Virus record (IMG/VR): IMGVR_UViG_3300044210_000036
Coordinates: 1 to 38,220 of that record
Source of the DNA: a virus
Length of the DNA: 38,220 nt
Reading direction: 5' to 3' (one strand)
A program made the position numbers and the translations under genes. Below the pieces are notes generated by a model that did no database searches, was not told the origin of the DNA, and saw only the letters and a program-made list of their open reading frames with translations. Every line of letters begins with the position of its first letter. The first letter of the stretch is position 1. Below, in pieces: positions 22,811 to 32,020 of the stretch.

Positions 22811-22822
22811 CAGCACGGCCTC

Positions 22823-22860
22823 GGGGCCGGCGTCCTACTCCCCCTTGGGACGCCGGCCCC
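22823..22860 (+). terminator. Strong hairpin (13-bp perfect GC-rich stem, 12-nt loop), a possible attenuator/terminator after the head genes
   Basis: ggggccggcgtcc (22823-22835) pairs with ggacgccggcccc (22848-22860). No U-tract follows. Confidence 0.5.
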
Positions 22861-23393
22861 AGGCCACCACCTGGTGCTCCTTGCCCGGAATCCTCCATCG
22901 CTGGAACGACCAGGACGGCAACCCCGCGCTGCAGATCGACGCGAACGGGAACGTCTACTTCGGCGATGCCAACGAAGCCGTCATCACTCCCGAGGGAGGG
23001 CTAGCGGTCTGGTTTCAGAACCGGACCGGGGCGCCGACGATGAGGGGGATGCTGGTCACGCTCGGTACCGCTCCGAGCTCGGTCATCGCCTGCCCCTATG
23101 CCATCCCGAAGGTGATGGGCGTCATCTACTCGAGCGGCGTGGCCAACGGGGAATTCGTCAGAGTGGTGGTTTCCGGCGTGGCCTACTGCCTCTTCGAGAA
23201 CGCCCAGAGTCCGACGGTGGGCTACTGGGTAGGGCTGAGCGATACGGTCGACGGTCGCGCCCAGGCCCGGGCCACCATGCCCGACAACAGCGGTGCCGGC
23301 ATCGACCTGCACAACAAGGAGATCGGCCACTGCATCGACACGGTGGCTCCGGGAACGGACGTGCTGGCCCGGGTCGTTCTGCACTTCAACTGA
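22845..23393 (+). CDS. Hypothetical protein (up to 182 aa), start uncertain
   Basis: The frame is coherent from about 22890 (NDQDGNPALQIDANGNVYFGD...). Candidate starts are TTG 22845 (inside the hairpin loop), TTG 22881 and ATG 23040. Confidence 0.6.
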   Translation: MGRRPQATTWCSLPGILHRWNDQDGNPALQIDANGNVYFGDANEAVITPEGGLAVWFQNRTGAPTMRGMLVTLGTAPSSVIACPYAIPKVMGVIYSSGVANGEFVRVVVSGVAYCLFENAQSPTVGYWVGLSDTVDGRAQARATMPDNSGAGIDLHNKEIGHCIDTVAPGTDVLARVVLHFN

Positions 23394-23400
23394 GGGGCTC

Positions 23401-23991
23401 ATGGCCGACCTGACCACGCTCGAGAAGGCTCGCCAGCAGATCTTCGGGAACGACCCCGAGATCTCCGCGGATGCCATCCTGACCCAGCTCATCACTTCGA
23501 GCTCGGCCTGGGTGGAGCGGGAGGTGGGCGGAGACCTCATGCAGGCCAGCGTGACGGAGACGCTCGACGGCAACGGCGAGTGCCGGATGCTGCTCGGCCG
23601 GTCCCACTCCTGGCGCCCGGGCAGCCCGACGACCACGGTGACCTCCGTGAAGGTGGACGGGGTGACTATCACCGCACGCCCCGCGGTCTCGACCTCCGAC
23701 ACGAACCCCAGCGGCTGGGTCTACCGCGCCGACGGCGTCGACCTGGTCGGCTACTCGTTCACCGAGGGCACCGCGAACATCGTCATCGTCTACACGGCCG
23801 GGTTCACTACCTGCCCGACGGACATCGAGCAGGCCTGCCTCGAGCATGTCGCCATCCGCTACCGGGACCGGCAGTCGACGGGCCTGGCCGCGGCCTCGGG
23901 CGGGGGTGACTCGGTCACCTTCAGCAACGCCGGCACCCTGGCCTTCATCGCCGGCGTGCTGGACTCCTACCGAGCCCTGGGCATCGGGTGA
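23401..23991 (+). CDS. Head-tail connector (gp6-like) protein
   Basis: GAGGGG SD. Sequence MADLTTLEKARQQIFGNDPEISADAILTQLITSSSAWVEREVGGDL is typical of a connector N-terminus. Its position also supports the call. Confidence 0.6.
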   Translation: MADLTTLEKARQQIFGNDPEISADAILTQLITSSSAWVEREVGGDLMQASVTETLDGNGECRMLLGRSHSWRPGSPTTTVTSVKVDGVTITARPAVSTSDTNPSGWVYRADGVDLVGYSFTEGTANIVIVYTAGFTTCPTDIEQACLEHVAIRYRDRQSTGLAAASGGGDSVTFSNAGTLAFIAGVLDSYRALGIG

Positions 23992-24590
23992 TCGACCTCA
24001 AGGTCCAGACCATCGGCGGGAAGGAGATCGCCGACAAGCTCTCCGAGACCGGCGGGGCCTTGAGGGTCGCTGTCCGTGCGGAGATGGCCGCGATCGGGGA
24101 AGAGGTCAGGTCAGGCGCAGTGTCCAGGGCCCCGGAGCGGACCGGCGTCCTGAAGTCTCGGATCATCTCCTACTTCGGGCGAGAGGTGACCAGGCAGACG
24201 AAGGGCCGGCAGTATCAGGCCGTCGTCGAGACCGCGTCCAAGCACGCTCGCAAGTCCACCAAGGAGCGGTGGGCGCAGTCCATCATCCTGACGGTCAGGC
24301 CGACTGGCCGGGTCGCGCACCTCATGGAGCGCGGCGTCAGCGCGACCTTCCAGCAGCGGGCCGGCGGGGGCTCGAGGAAGGGCAGCAAGCCTGGCCAGCA
24401 CGTCGCGGCCATCACCGAGCCGAAGTGGCAGCACGCGAAGAGCCTCACGTACCAGCGCACCCTGACCATCCGGCCTCGGCCCTTCTTCATGCCCTCGGTC
24501 GAGGCCGCGGGCGGGGCCGCCGGCGTCAACGCGCGCCTGCAGGCCGTCATCGACCAGGTCGCCACCGAGCTGCAGCGGAGCGAGGCCTAG
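23988..24590 (+). CDS. HK97 gp10-like head-tail joining / tail completion protein
   Basis: Sequence VSRAPERTGVLKSRI ... HLMERG ... RPRPFFMPSVEAA. GTGA overlap. Confidence 0.65.
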   Translation: MIDLKVQTIGGKEIADKLSETGGALRVAVRAEMAAIGEEVRSGAVSRAPERTGVLKSRIISYFGREVTRQTKGRQYQAVVETASKHARKSTKERWAQSIILTVRPTGRVAHLMERGVSATFQQRAGGGSRKGSKPGQHVAAITEPKWQHAKSLTYQRTLTIRPRPFFMPSVEAAGGAAGVNARLQAVIDQVATELQRSEA

Positions 24591-25055
24591 ATGGCGCTCG
24601 ACTCCAACGCCATCTGGGATGCGCTCAAGGCCCGCCTCGAGACCGAGACAGAGGTCTTCACTCGCATCTCCCGCCGGCGCCGGGACTGGTCGCTCGAGGA
24701 GCACCCGGTCCTGATGGTGCTCGACGACTCGGGCGACGAGCAGCTCATCACCGACCGCGACGACCCGGCCCCGATGTGGAGGCTCACGGGCGAGCTCATC
24801 CTCCTGGTCGTCAACCGGGCCCCGGAGAACCCGGGCGACGAGTTCGCCGGCACGCTGAACACGCTCAAGGCCTCGGTCATGGCGGCGCTCGAGCGGAAGC
24901 CGGCCGACCCCATCGGGAACGGCCTCACCCACTACACGGACCTGGGCGGACTCATCCGCGTGCTGTCTGTGACCCGAGTCGAGAAGGGCGTCGGGGACAA
25001 GACGGGCCAGGCGGTCGTGAAGATCAGCCTGGAGATGGACACCACAGCGCCCTGA
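24591..25055 (+). CDS. Putative tail terminator / neck protein (154 aa)
   Basis: Called on position and size only. Confidence 0.45.
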   Translation: MALDSNAIWDALKARLETETEVFTRISRRRRDWSLEEHPVLMVLDDSGDEQLITDRDDPAPMWRLTGELILLVVNRAPENPGDEFAGTLNTLKASVMAALERKPADPIGNGLTHYTDLGGLIRVLSVTRVEKGVGDKTGQAVVKISLEMDTTAP

Positions 25056-25075
25056 CGGGCGAAAGGAGCAGGGCA

Positions 25076-25813
25076 ATGAGCTACCACAAGAGCGTGCAGG
25101 GCGTCGGCTGGGTCTCCCTCGTCCCGTCGGGTACCTACCCGGACCCGGTCCACCTCGCCGAGATCGAGTCGCTCGACCTCAACATCACCGAGGAGGACGG
25201 CGACCTCGAGGACTCGAACGGCGACATCATCGACTCCTTCACCGTGAAGCGGGTCATCGAGGGGACGATCGCGCTGAAGGACATCAGCGGCTCGCTGCTG
25301 GCTGCCATCACCCGCGGCGTCACCGTGGCGGCCGGCACCAAGCAGGGGTACGCGCAGACCAGCGTCATCCCCACCACGCCCTTCCAGATCACGGTGACCG
25401 AGGGCGCGACCTTCGCCGACGACCTGGGCGTCATCGATCTCACGGCCGGCAAGGCCATGATCTGCGCCGCCACCTCGACCGGGACCAACGTCTACGCGGT
25501 GAACACCACCACCGGGCAGTACACCTTCAACACGGCGGACGCCGGCCACTCGGTGCTCATCAACTACCGGTCCACCAAGTCGACGACCGGGACCACCTCG
25601 AGCATCGCCTCGGCGACCGCGTCCCAGGCCTACTACGGCCTGCACTGCTACCAGGTCATCGCCGGCAAGCCCTGGGGCATCTACGTGCCCGCAGCGCGCC
25701 TCCCGGGCCTCTCCGCGAAGTTCGGGAAGGGCGGCTGGAGCGACACCACGCTCAAGTTCAAGGCCACCAAGGACGGCAGCAACAACTTCGTACACATCTA
25801 CCTCCCGGAGTAG
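25076..25813 (+). CDS. Major tail (tube) protein (245 aa)
   Basis: AAGGAG SD. It lies directly upstream of the chaperone pair and has a Thr/Ser-rich beta-like sequence. Confidence 0.65.
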   Translation: MSYHKSVQGVGWVSLVPSGTYPDPVHLAEIESLDLNITEEDGDLEDSNGDIIDSFTVKRVIEGTIALKDISGSLLAAITRGVTVAAGTKQGYAQTSVIPTTPFQITVTEGATFADDLGVIDLTAGKAMICAATSTGTNVYAVNTTTGQYTFNTADAGHSVLINYRSTKSTTGTTSSIASATASQAYYGLHCYQVIAGKPWGIYVPAARLPGLSAKFGKGGWSDTTLKFKATKDGSNNFVHIYLPE

Positions 25814-25820
25814 CCCACCG

Positions 25821-26141
25821 ATGATCGGCACCAAGGTCCAGCTCCGCACGAAGGAGTACCAGGTCCCCTCGCTCAGCTTCGACGAGGTCGAGCGGTTCAG
25901 CCTGGACGGCACGCTCGCGAAGGTCCCGCAGAACGGCATCACCATGCTGGCGCTCCCGGAGAGCCGGGCGGCCGCCATGGAGGTGCTGCTCTGCGCGCTC
26001 CGATGGAACTACCCGGAGATCACCCGGGAGGAGGTGGCGCGCGAGCTCGACCTCGACAACTGCGAGCGGGCCATGGCCGCGGTGATGGGCTCGACCCGGC
26101 TGCTGGTGAAGGAGTCCGACGCGGGGGGAGTGAAGCCGTAG
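25821..26141 (+). CDS. Tail assembly chaperone (gpG-like)
   Basis: 106 aa between the tube and tape measure genes, with a slippery heptamer near its 3' end. Confidence 0.75.
   Translation: MIGTKVQLRTKEYQVPSLSFDEVERFSLDGTLAKVPQNGITMLALPESRAAAMEVLLCALRWNYPEITREEVARELDLDNCERAMAAVMGSTRLLVKESDAGGVKP
26123..26129 (+). promoter_or_regulatory. Candidate -1 programmed ribosomal frameshift site G GGG GGA
   Basis: Zero frame reads gcG GGG GGA gtg. The -1 frame continues GGSEAVDPARAFLGLRMTLAREFGK... to TAG 26345-26347. Confidence 0.65.
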
Positions 26142-26347
26142 ATCCTGCCCGGGCTTTCCTGGGTCTACGGATGACGCTGGCCCGGGAGTTCGGGAAGTTC
26201 CCGAGCGAGGTGGGACGGATGCCGTTCAGCGATGCGCGCGACTTCGCAGACTGGGCCTGGGGCGAGAAGCCGCAGGCCAAGCCTGCGCGCATGACCCCGT
26301 CCGACTTCCGCGAGCTGCGCGAGAAGCTGGGAGGGTCCAATGGCTAG
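26129..26347 (+). CDS. Frameshift extension of the tail chaperone (gpT-like part of the G-T fusion, 25821..26129 + 26129..26347)
   Basis: The -1 frame is open and coding-like and ends 8 nt into the tape measure gene. This is the canonical G/GT arrangement. Confidence 0.65.
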   Translation, partial: SEAVDPARAFLGLRMTLAREFGKFPSEVGRMPFSDARDFADWAWGEKPQAKPARMTPSDFRELREKLGGSNG

Positions 26348-27800
26348 CGGCACGACCCTCCGCTTCTCCGTCGAGGTCGCAGCCGATCAGGCCGAAGCTG
26401 CCCTGAAGGCGATGACGCTCGCCTTCAACCAGGCCGAGGTGAAGGCGAAGGCCTCGCTGCTCAGCATCGGCAAGGGGTCGAAGGAGGCCGCCAACGGCAT
26501 CGAGCAGATGAAGCAGGGGATGGGCCGGGCTCGCGAGACGGCCATGTTCTTCACCCAGTCGCTGGGTGAGTTCGGGCCGGCGGGCCGCACCGCGCAGATC
26601 GCCCTCGCCGGGGTCGGCGGCGCCATCATGGGCGGCGGCGGGGTCCTCCTGGCGCTGTCCCTGGCGCAGGCTGGCGTGCGCCTCCTGGTCGATGTCTGGG
26701 AGGAGGACGCGAAGAAGGCCGAGGAAGCGTCCAAGGCCCACAAGAAGGCGGCCGAGGAGGCGCAGAAGTACCTGACCTCGCTCACCGGCGACGCCAACTC
26801 CAAGCTGGCCGAGCTCGGCGCCATGCGAGACGGCCTGGTCGGTGTGACCAAGGCCCAGGACGCTCACAACAAGGTCCAGCAGATCAACCAGGATCTGGCG
26901 CTTGCCCAGACCACTGGCAGCTCGCCGCACGTCAAGATGCTCGAGCTCCGACTCAGGGACGCGCAGGCGATCGAAGCCCAGATTGCCAAGCTGGAGCAGA
27001 AGGCCATCTCGGACAAGGCCGAGGAGGAGGCGACCAAGAAGAAGGCTGCCGCGGCCAAGGCCTACCAGGACGAGCGGGAGAAGATCACCAGCTACGCCAT
27101 CGACCAGGCGAAGGTCGAGGCGGATGCAGAGACGAAGCGGCAGGAAGAGCTGGCCAAGGTCGGCTCCGACATGAATGCCGCAGCCTGGAAGATGCAGGAG
27201 GAGGAGTCCGCCAGGCTCACGGCCATCGAGAAGAAGACCGAGACCGATCGCCAGGCGGCCGCAGAGAGGCAGATCGCCGACTACCAGCGGGTGGGTGAGG
27301 CGGCCGGCACCATGGTCGGTGGGCTCATCACCGGCCAAATGACGCTCGGCCAGGTCATCGCCCAGACCGGGCAGATGATCATCAGCTCGGTGGTGCAGAC
27401 GGCGATCGCCAGCATCACCGCCAGCGCCAGCAAGGCGGGCGCCGAGGCGGCGGCATCGCAGGCCGGGATCCCGATCGTCGGTCCGGTCCTTGCCATCAGC
27501 GCGATGGGCGCCATCATGTCGGCGGTCCTCGGCCTGCTCGGCAACATGCCGTCCGCGGCCGGAGGTTGGAAGGTCCCCAACGACACCCTGGCCATGGTCC
27601 ACAAGGACGAGCGGATCCTGCCCGCGCGCTACTCGGAGGGCCTCGACCGGCTGGTCAACCAGGGCGGGTCTGGCACCAGTGTGACCCTGAACATCAACGC
27701 CACGGACGCGAAGAGCGTGCGCCGACTCTTCCTCGACAACCAGCCCGCGCTCGCCGAGGCCATCGGCCGCGCCATCCGTGACGGTCGGAGGTTCGCGTGA
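26340..27800 (+). CDS. Tape measure protein (486 aa)
   Basis: Long Ala/Glu/Lys coiled-coil stretches, a Gly-rich hydrophobic segment, and its position. Confidence 0.85.
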   Translation: MASGTTLRFSVEVAADQAEAALKAMTLAFNQAEVKAKASLLSIGKGSKEAANGIEQMKQGMGRARETAMFFTQSLGEFGPAGRTAQIALAGVGGAIMGGGGVLLALSLAQAGVRLLVDVWEEDAKKAEEASKAHKKAAEEAQKYLTSLTGDANSKLAELGAMRDGLVGVTKAQDAHNKVQQINQDLALAQTTGSSPHVKMLELRLRDAQAIEAQIAKLEQKAISDKAEEEATKKKAAAAKAYQDEREKITSYAIDQAKVEADAETKRQEELAKVGSDMNAAAWKMQEEESARLTAIEKKTETDRQAAAERQIADYQRVGEAAGTMVGGLITGQMTLGQVIAQTGQMIISSVVQTAIASITASASKAGAEAAASQAGIPIVGPVLAISAMGAIMSAVLGLLGNMPSAAGGWKVPNDTLAMVHKDERILPARYSEGLDRLVNQGGSGTSVTLNINATDAKSVRRLFLDNQPALAEAIGRAIRDGRRFA

Positions 27801-28384
27801 GCACGTCCCTCTACCCGACCCTGGTGGGCGCCCAGAAGGAGATCGACCGGGTCCCTTTCTACTCGTCGATCGTCCAGCGCGAGGCCGGCGGCCGAGAGCT
27901 TCGGGTCAACACCCAGACCGCGGCTCGGTATCGCTACCGCATCAGCTACGACTTCCTGCGCCAGGACACGGGCAGCGAGGCGCAGACGCTGCTCGCCTTC
28001 TTCGCCACTCACCGCGGGAGCTGGGACTCGTTCCTGCTCGTCGACCCCTACAACGACACCGCGACCACCCAGAGCTTCGGGACCGGAGACGGGTCGAGGA
28101 CGGTCTGGTACCTCACCGACGAGATGGGGGAGCGGATCGGCGCCAACAACAACACGCCGAGCATCTACAAAGCCGGCGCCCTCCAGACGGTGACCACCCA
28201 CTACACGCTCGACTCGGCGACCGGGAAGGTGACCTTCGTCTCGGCGCCGGCGAATGGAAACGCGCTGACCTGGACGGGTACCTTCTACCGCCGGGTTCGG
28301 TTCTCGTCGGACGAACTGAACGTGTCCCGCCGAGGGGCCCGCATCTGGAGAGCTGACGTGGAGCTCGTCTCGGTGCTCCCGTGA
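27797..28384 (+). CDS. Distal tail protein, DUF2460/TIGR02217-like (RcGTA g12-like)
   Basis: Sequence SLYPTLVGAQKEIDRVPFYSSIVQREAGGRELRVN...LLAFFATHRGSWDSFLLVDPYND. GTGA overlap. Confidence 0.65.
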   Translation: MSTSLYPTLVGAQKEIDRVPFYSSIVQREAGGRELRVNTQTAARYRYRISYDFLRQDTGSEAQTLLAFFATHRGSWDSFLLVDPYNDTATTQSFGTGDGSRTVWYLTDEMGERIGANNNTPSIYKAGALQTVTTHYTLDSATGKVTFVSAPANGNALTWTGTFYRRVRFSSDELNVSRRGARIWRADVELVSVLP

Positions 28385-29259
28385 GGAGCGCCAGCGTCGC
28401 GCTGAAGGCCCACCTCGGCGGCTCCCTCATCACCACGGTCGTCGACCTGGTCACCGTTACCCTGGTCACGGCCACGGTCTTCCGCTGGACGAACCACAAC
28501 CAGGACATCACCACCGGCGGGAACACCTGGACCAGCGGGTGGACTGGGACCGCGCCGATCCCGACCCGGTCAGGCATCCGGGACACCCTGGGCATGGACC
28601 CGTCGGAACTGAGCCTGCCGCTGCTGTGCGGTAGCAGCGCCGAACTCGGAAGCGGGGTGCAGGTCACCTACGCGACATCCACCGGCGTGCTCGACGGGGC
28701 CACGGTCCGGCTCGAGCGGTGCTACCTCGACTCGTCCGGCGCCGTCATCGGCACGCTGCTGCGCTTCACGGGCCTGGTGTCGACGGTGAACATCACCAGC
28801 ACCTCTGTGACCATGACCGTGCGCTCGGACCTCGAGCGACTCAACACGCTGCTACCCAGGCACCTACACCGCCCGCTCTGCAGCCACGCGCTCGGCGACG
28901 CCGGGTGCGGGGTGGTCATGGCCGACCACGACTACAGCGGGACGGTCAACGGCAGCCCGACGGTGACCATCTTCACCTCGAGCGCCGCCGGCGCCGGAAC
29001 CGACTACTACACCGGCGGCTACCTGGTCTTCACCAGCGGCGTGAACAACGGCCAGATCAGGAACATCGTTGCCTACAACAACGGGACGACCCAGTTCACG
29101 GTCGAGTACCCGCTGCCGGCCGCGCCCGGCGTCGGGGACACGTTCACGGCCTACGCCGGGTGCGATAAGACCATCTCGACGTGCCGGACGAAGTTCTGGA
29201 ACCTGCCCCGTCGGCGAGGGTCGGACTTCATGCCGACTGAGGACATGGTGGGCGGATGA
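28381..29259 (+). CDS. DUF2163 / BR0599-like phage tail protein (RcGTA g13-like)
   Basis: The C-terminal sequence YAGCDKTISTCRTKFWNLPRRRGSDFMP matches the BR0599-type motif. Confidence 0.7.
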   Translation: MRSASVALKAHLGGSLITTVVDLVTVTLVTATVFRWTNHNQDITTGGNTWTSGWTGTAPIPTRSGIRDTLGMDPSELSLPLLCGSSAELGSGVQVTYATSTGVLDGATVRLERCYLDSSGAVIGTLLRFTGLVSTVNITSTSVTMTVRSDLERLNTLLPRHLHRPLCSHALGDAGCGVVMADHDYSGTVNGSPTVTIFTSSAAGAGTDYYTGGYLVFTSGVNNGQIRNIVAYNNGTTQFTVEYPLPAAPGVGDTFTAYAGCDKTISTCRTKFWNLPRRRGSDFMPTEDMVGG

Positions 29260-31073
29260 TCACGTACTCGACTGCCCCGCTCGTGGCCCTCGCTGGGTCG
29301 GACCCGGACAAGTACTTCCGGTCCAGCCGCGCCAAGTACGGGGCGCCCATTGCCATCGTCTACGGGACGCAGCGGGTCAAGGGCGTGGTGCTCCTGGCCG
29401 GCTACTACATGAACAACCTGGCGGCCCGCGTCCTAGACCTCGGGCTCTTCCAGGCTGCGCTCTGCGAAGGGCCGATCTCAGAGGTGCTGGCGGTCTGGAA
29501 GGAGAAGACCCGGACGACCTGGGGCAGCTCTGGCCTGACCCTCCTCGACGGGGCCGGCATCACCGCCTGGTCGTCGGGGACCACCTACGTCGCCGGAGAC
29601 TGGGCGAGCTCCGGCGGGACCAACTACGTGTGCAAGCTGGGCCACACCAACCATGTGCCGCCCAACTCGACGTACTGGCTGGCGCGAGGCAGCGCCGCAA
29701 CCGAGCGCGCCCAGTCGCCTTGGAGCTACCTGACCACCAGCAAGCCCGAGTGGGCGCTCGGGTACGGCGGGACGGCCCAGGTCGTCACCCAGTCGTCCTG
29801 GGGCAGCAATAGCCTGGACCAGCTCGACCGCGCCTCCTTCGAGGTGAGCGGCTTCTTCACCACCGCCACCGGCTCCGCCCAGGACGTGGAGCCGCGCTCG
29901 GTCATCATCGACCTGCTGACCAATGCCGAGTACGGCCTGGGGCTCCCGACCTCCATCATCGAGGACTACTCCATCCCGAGCGGGATCCCACTGGGATTCT
30001 CGGCCGGAGCCGATGGGGCGGCCGAGACGAGCTATACCAACTGGTGCCAGGCGAAGCAGCTCACCATCTCTCTCGCGCTCGAGGACCAGCGGTCCGTGCG
30101 CGAGGTAATCGAGGAGATCGCGGTGGCCACCGACTCGCTCCCGGTCTGGAGCGAGGGCGTGCTGAAGATGCGGCCACGCTCGACGGAGTTCATCGCGGCC
30201 AGCGGCGGACGGCCAGAGTACGACGGCCCGACGGCGGCGCTGCCCGTCTACGACCTCGGCCTGGTCGCGGGGACCGACTTCCTGGCCGAGCCCGGCGAGG
30301 ACCCGGTCACCATCGAGCGCCGCGCCCTCGCCGAGCAGTTCAACTGCTACCCGGTCGAGTACTCGGCCCGTACGCCGAGCCGGGTGGACGCCAGCGGGGC
30401 CGCCATCGTCGAGGCCTTCAATGCCTACAACTCGGCCGTCGAGGACGGGACGCCCGACCCGGCCGACGTGGCGGCCAATGGCATCCGCAAGGCCCCGGTG
30501 ACCAGCGTCCGCTGCATCACCAGCCGGACCATGGCCGTGAACCTGGCCAACACCCTGGCCCAGCGGTCCGTCCGGGCCAGGAACGTTTTCCGCTTCCGTC
30601 TGGGCTGGAAGTACGCCCTACTCGAGCCGGGCGACTATGTCACAGTCACCGACGCCGGCCTGGGCCTCTCCCGCCATCTCGTTCGCATCACCGAGATGGA
30701 GGAGAACGAAGCCGGCGCCTTCGACGTGGTCGCCGAGGACGTGGCGGTGGTCCCGACCGCGGCCTACCCGGGCCTTTCGCTTCTCCTCGACAACTACGCC
30801 GTCTTCGGGTCCTGCACCGGCGCGCCGTGTACGGCCGTCTCTGGTACCTGCACGGCCACCCCAGTCGGTGGCAGCGGGACCTTCACCTACGCCTGGACCT
30901 ACGTTTCTGGCACGGCCATGACGCTGAGCTCGACGACCGCGGCCACGGTGACCTTCTCCAAGACCAGCGTGACGACCACCATCACCGCGACCTACCGGTG
31001 CACCGTGACGGACACCGTCACCGCGGGGACGGCCTCGGCCGACGTAGACGTGGAACTGGCCAGCGACATCTAA
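29256..31073 (+). CDS. Host-specificity / central tail protein (605 aa) with an inserted CBM5/12-like carbohydrate-binding motif
   Basis: Its position after the DUF2163 gene supports the call. Sequence WSSGTTYVAGDWASSGGTNYVCKLGHTNHVPPNSTYW (about 29568-29678). The C-terminus is Thr-rich and Ig-like. Confidence 0.7.
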   Translation: MITYSTAPLVALAGSDPDKYFRSSRAKYGAPIAIVYGTQRVKGVVLLAGYYMNNLAARVLDLGLFQAALCEGPISEVLAVWKEKTRTTWGSSGLTLLDGAGITAWSSGTTYVAGDWASSGGTNYVCKLGHTNHVPPNSTYWLARGSAATERAQSPWSYLTTSKPEWALGYGGTAQVVTQSSWGSNSLDQLDRASFEVSGFFTTATGSAQDVEPRSVIIDLLTNAEYGLGLPTSIIEDYSIPSGIPLGFSAGADGAAETSYTNWCQAKQLTISLALEDQRSVREVIEEIAVATDSLPVWSEGVLKMRPRSTEFIAASGGRPEYDGPTAALPVYDLGLVAGTDFLAEPGEDPVTIERRALAEQFNCYPVEYSARTPSRVDASGAAIVEAFNAYNSAVEDGTPDPADVAANGIRKAPVTSVRCITSRTMAVNLANTLAQRSVRARNVFRFRLGWKYALLEPGDYVTVTDAGLGLSRHLVRITEMEENEAGAFDVVAEDVAVVPTAAYPGLSLLLDNYAVFGSCTGAPCTAVSGTCTATPVGGSGTFTYAWTYVSGTAMTLSSTTAATVTFSKTSVTTTITATYRCTVTDTVTAGTASADVDVELASDI

Positions 31074-31093
31074 GGAAGCTGTCCCCAGCGCGG

Positions 31094-31480
31094 GTGAACA
31101 TCCACCCCGTGAGCCTACACTTTGCCAACCGGATCGACTGGCGCCTGATGGTGCCCCAGCTGTCCCTGGCCCTGTGCGTGGCATCCGAGGCCTTCGGCGA
31201 GGAGGGCGAGGACTGCCTGGTGACCTGCATCCGGCGGGGCACCGACTTCGCCACCAACGGCTACCACTCGACGGGCGCCTCGGCCGACCTGGCCGTGCGT
31301 CGCTACCGGGGAGGGGAGCCAATCCCGGACGACCGGATGGACCGCATCGTGGCCGCGCTGAAGTCGAGGCTGGGTCGCGAGGGCGGTGGGCAGTTCGACG
31401 TGCTGGACGAGCGGCAGCCGCGGCCCGACTCGCCTGGGTGGACGGGGCCGCACATCCACCTGGAGTTCGACCCGAAGTAG
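31094..31480 (+). CDS. Endolysin, zinc peptidase M15-like (128 aa)
   Basis: Motifs GYHSTGASADLAV and GPHIHLEFDPK (H..G.A.D and HxH zinc ligand pattern). The GTG 31094 start is tentative. Confidence 0.65.
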   Translation: MNIHPVSLHFANRIDWRLMVPQLSLALCVASEAFGEEGEDCLVTCIRRGTDFATNGYHSTGASADLAVRRYRGGEPIPDDRMDRIVAALKSRLGREGGGQFDVLDERQPRPDSPGWTGPHIHLEFDPK

Positions 31481-31490
31481 GAGGCACGGC

Positions 31491-31751
31491 ATGGACAAGC
31501 TCAAGGCGTTCTTCGCGCAGGACGTGGTCAAGGTCATCGCGGCCGGCGTGTACTTCGTGGCCAACGGGCTGATCATGCTGATGGCCGAGAGCCCGACGAA
31601 GACCACGCTGCTGATGGTCTGGAACGGGGTCATCACCCCGCTGTGCATCACGCTCGGCATCATCTCGGGCGGCACCTCCGGGCTGCGTAGCAACGCCAGC
31701 CAGGCGCAGGCCGAGCAGCTCGTGGCGAAGGGCGTGGTCGCTCCCAAGTGA
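31491..31751 (+). CDS. Holin-like membrane protein (86 aa, 2 TM)
   Basis: GGAGG SD. Sequence VIAAGVYFVANGLIMLMA and LLMVWNGVITPLCITLGIISGG. Confidence 0.6.
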   Translation: MDKLKAFFAQDVVKVIAAGVYFVANGLIMLMAESPTKTTLLMVWNGVITPLCITLGIISGGTSGLRSNASQAQAEQLVAKGVVAPK

Positions 31752-32020
31752 GCACGGGGGACTTCGCCGAGGAGGTGGCCGCCCAGGCCATCGCACTGGC
31801 CCAGGCCGCAGGAGTGCCCCTCCTGGTGGTCCTGGGCCTGCTCCTCGTCGCATCCCTGCTCCTGGTGGCGGCGAAGCACCTGCCGGCCCTGAAGTGGCCC
31901 AAGGCAGACCCGCCAGTCCCTCCAGAGCCCCCTGCCGAGTGGAACCAGGACCCGGCCGCCGGCGCGGTGGTCAAGCCCGGACCCCCGGGCGGGTCGTCCG
32001 ATGAGGTCCAGAGCGGATGA
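31748..32020 (+). CDS. Single-pass membrane protein with a Pro-rich tail (90 aa)
   Basis: GTGA overlap. Sequence VPLLVVLGLLLVASLLLVAA. Confidence 0.6.
   Translation: MSTGDFAEEVAAQAIALAQAAGVPLLVVLGLLLVASLLLVAAKHLPALKWPKADPPVPPEPPAEWNQDPAAGAVVKPGPPGGSSDEVQSG

Noticed and set aside
22845-22847. TTG 22845 as the definite start of the 182-aa ORF.
   Set aside because: It sits in the loop of a 13-bp hairpin with no SD. A downstream start (22881 or 23040) is equally possible, so the start is left open rather than asserted.
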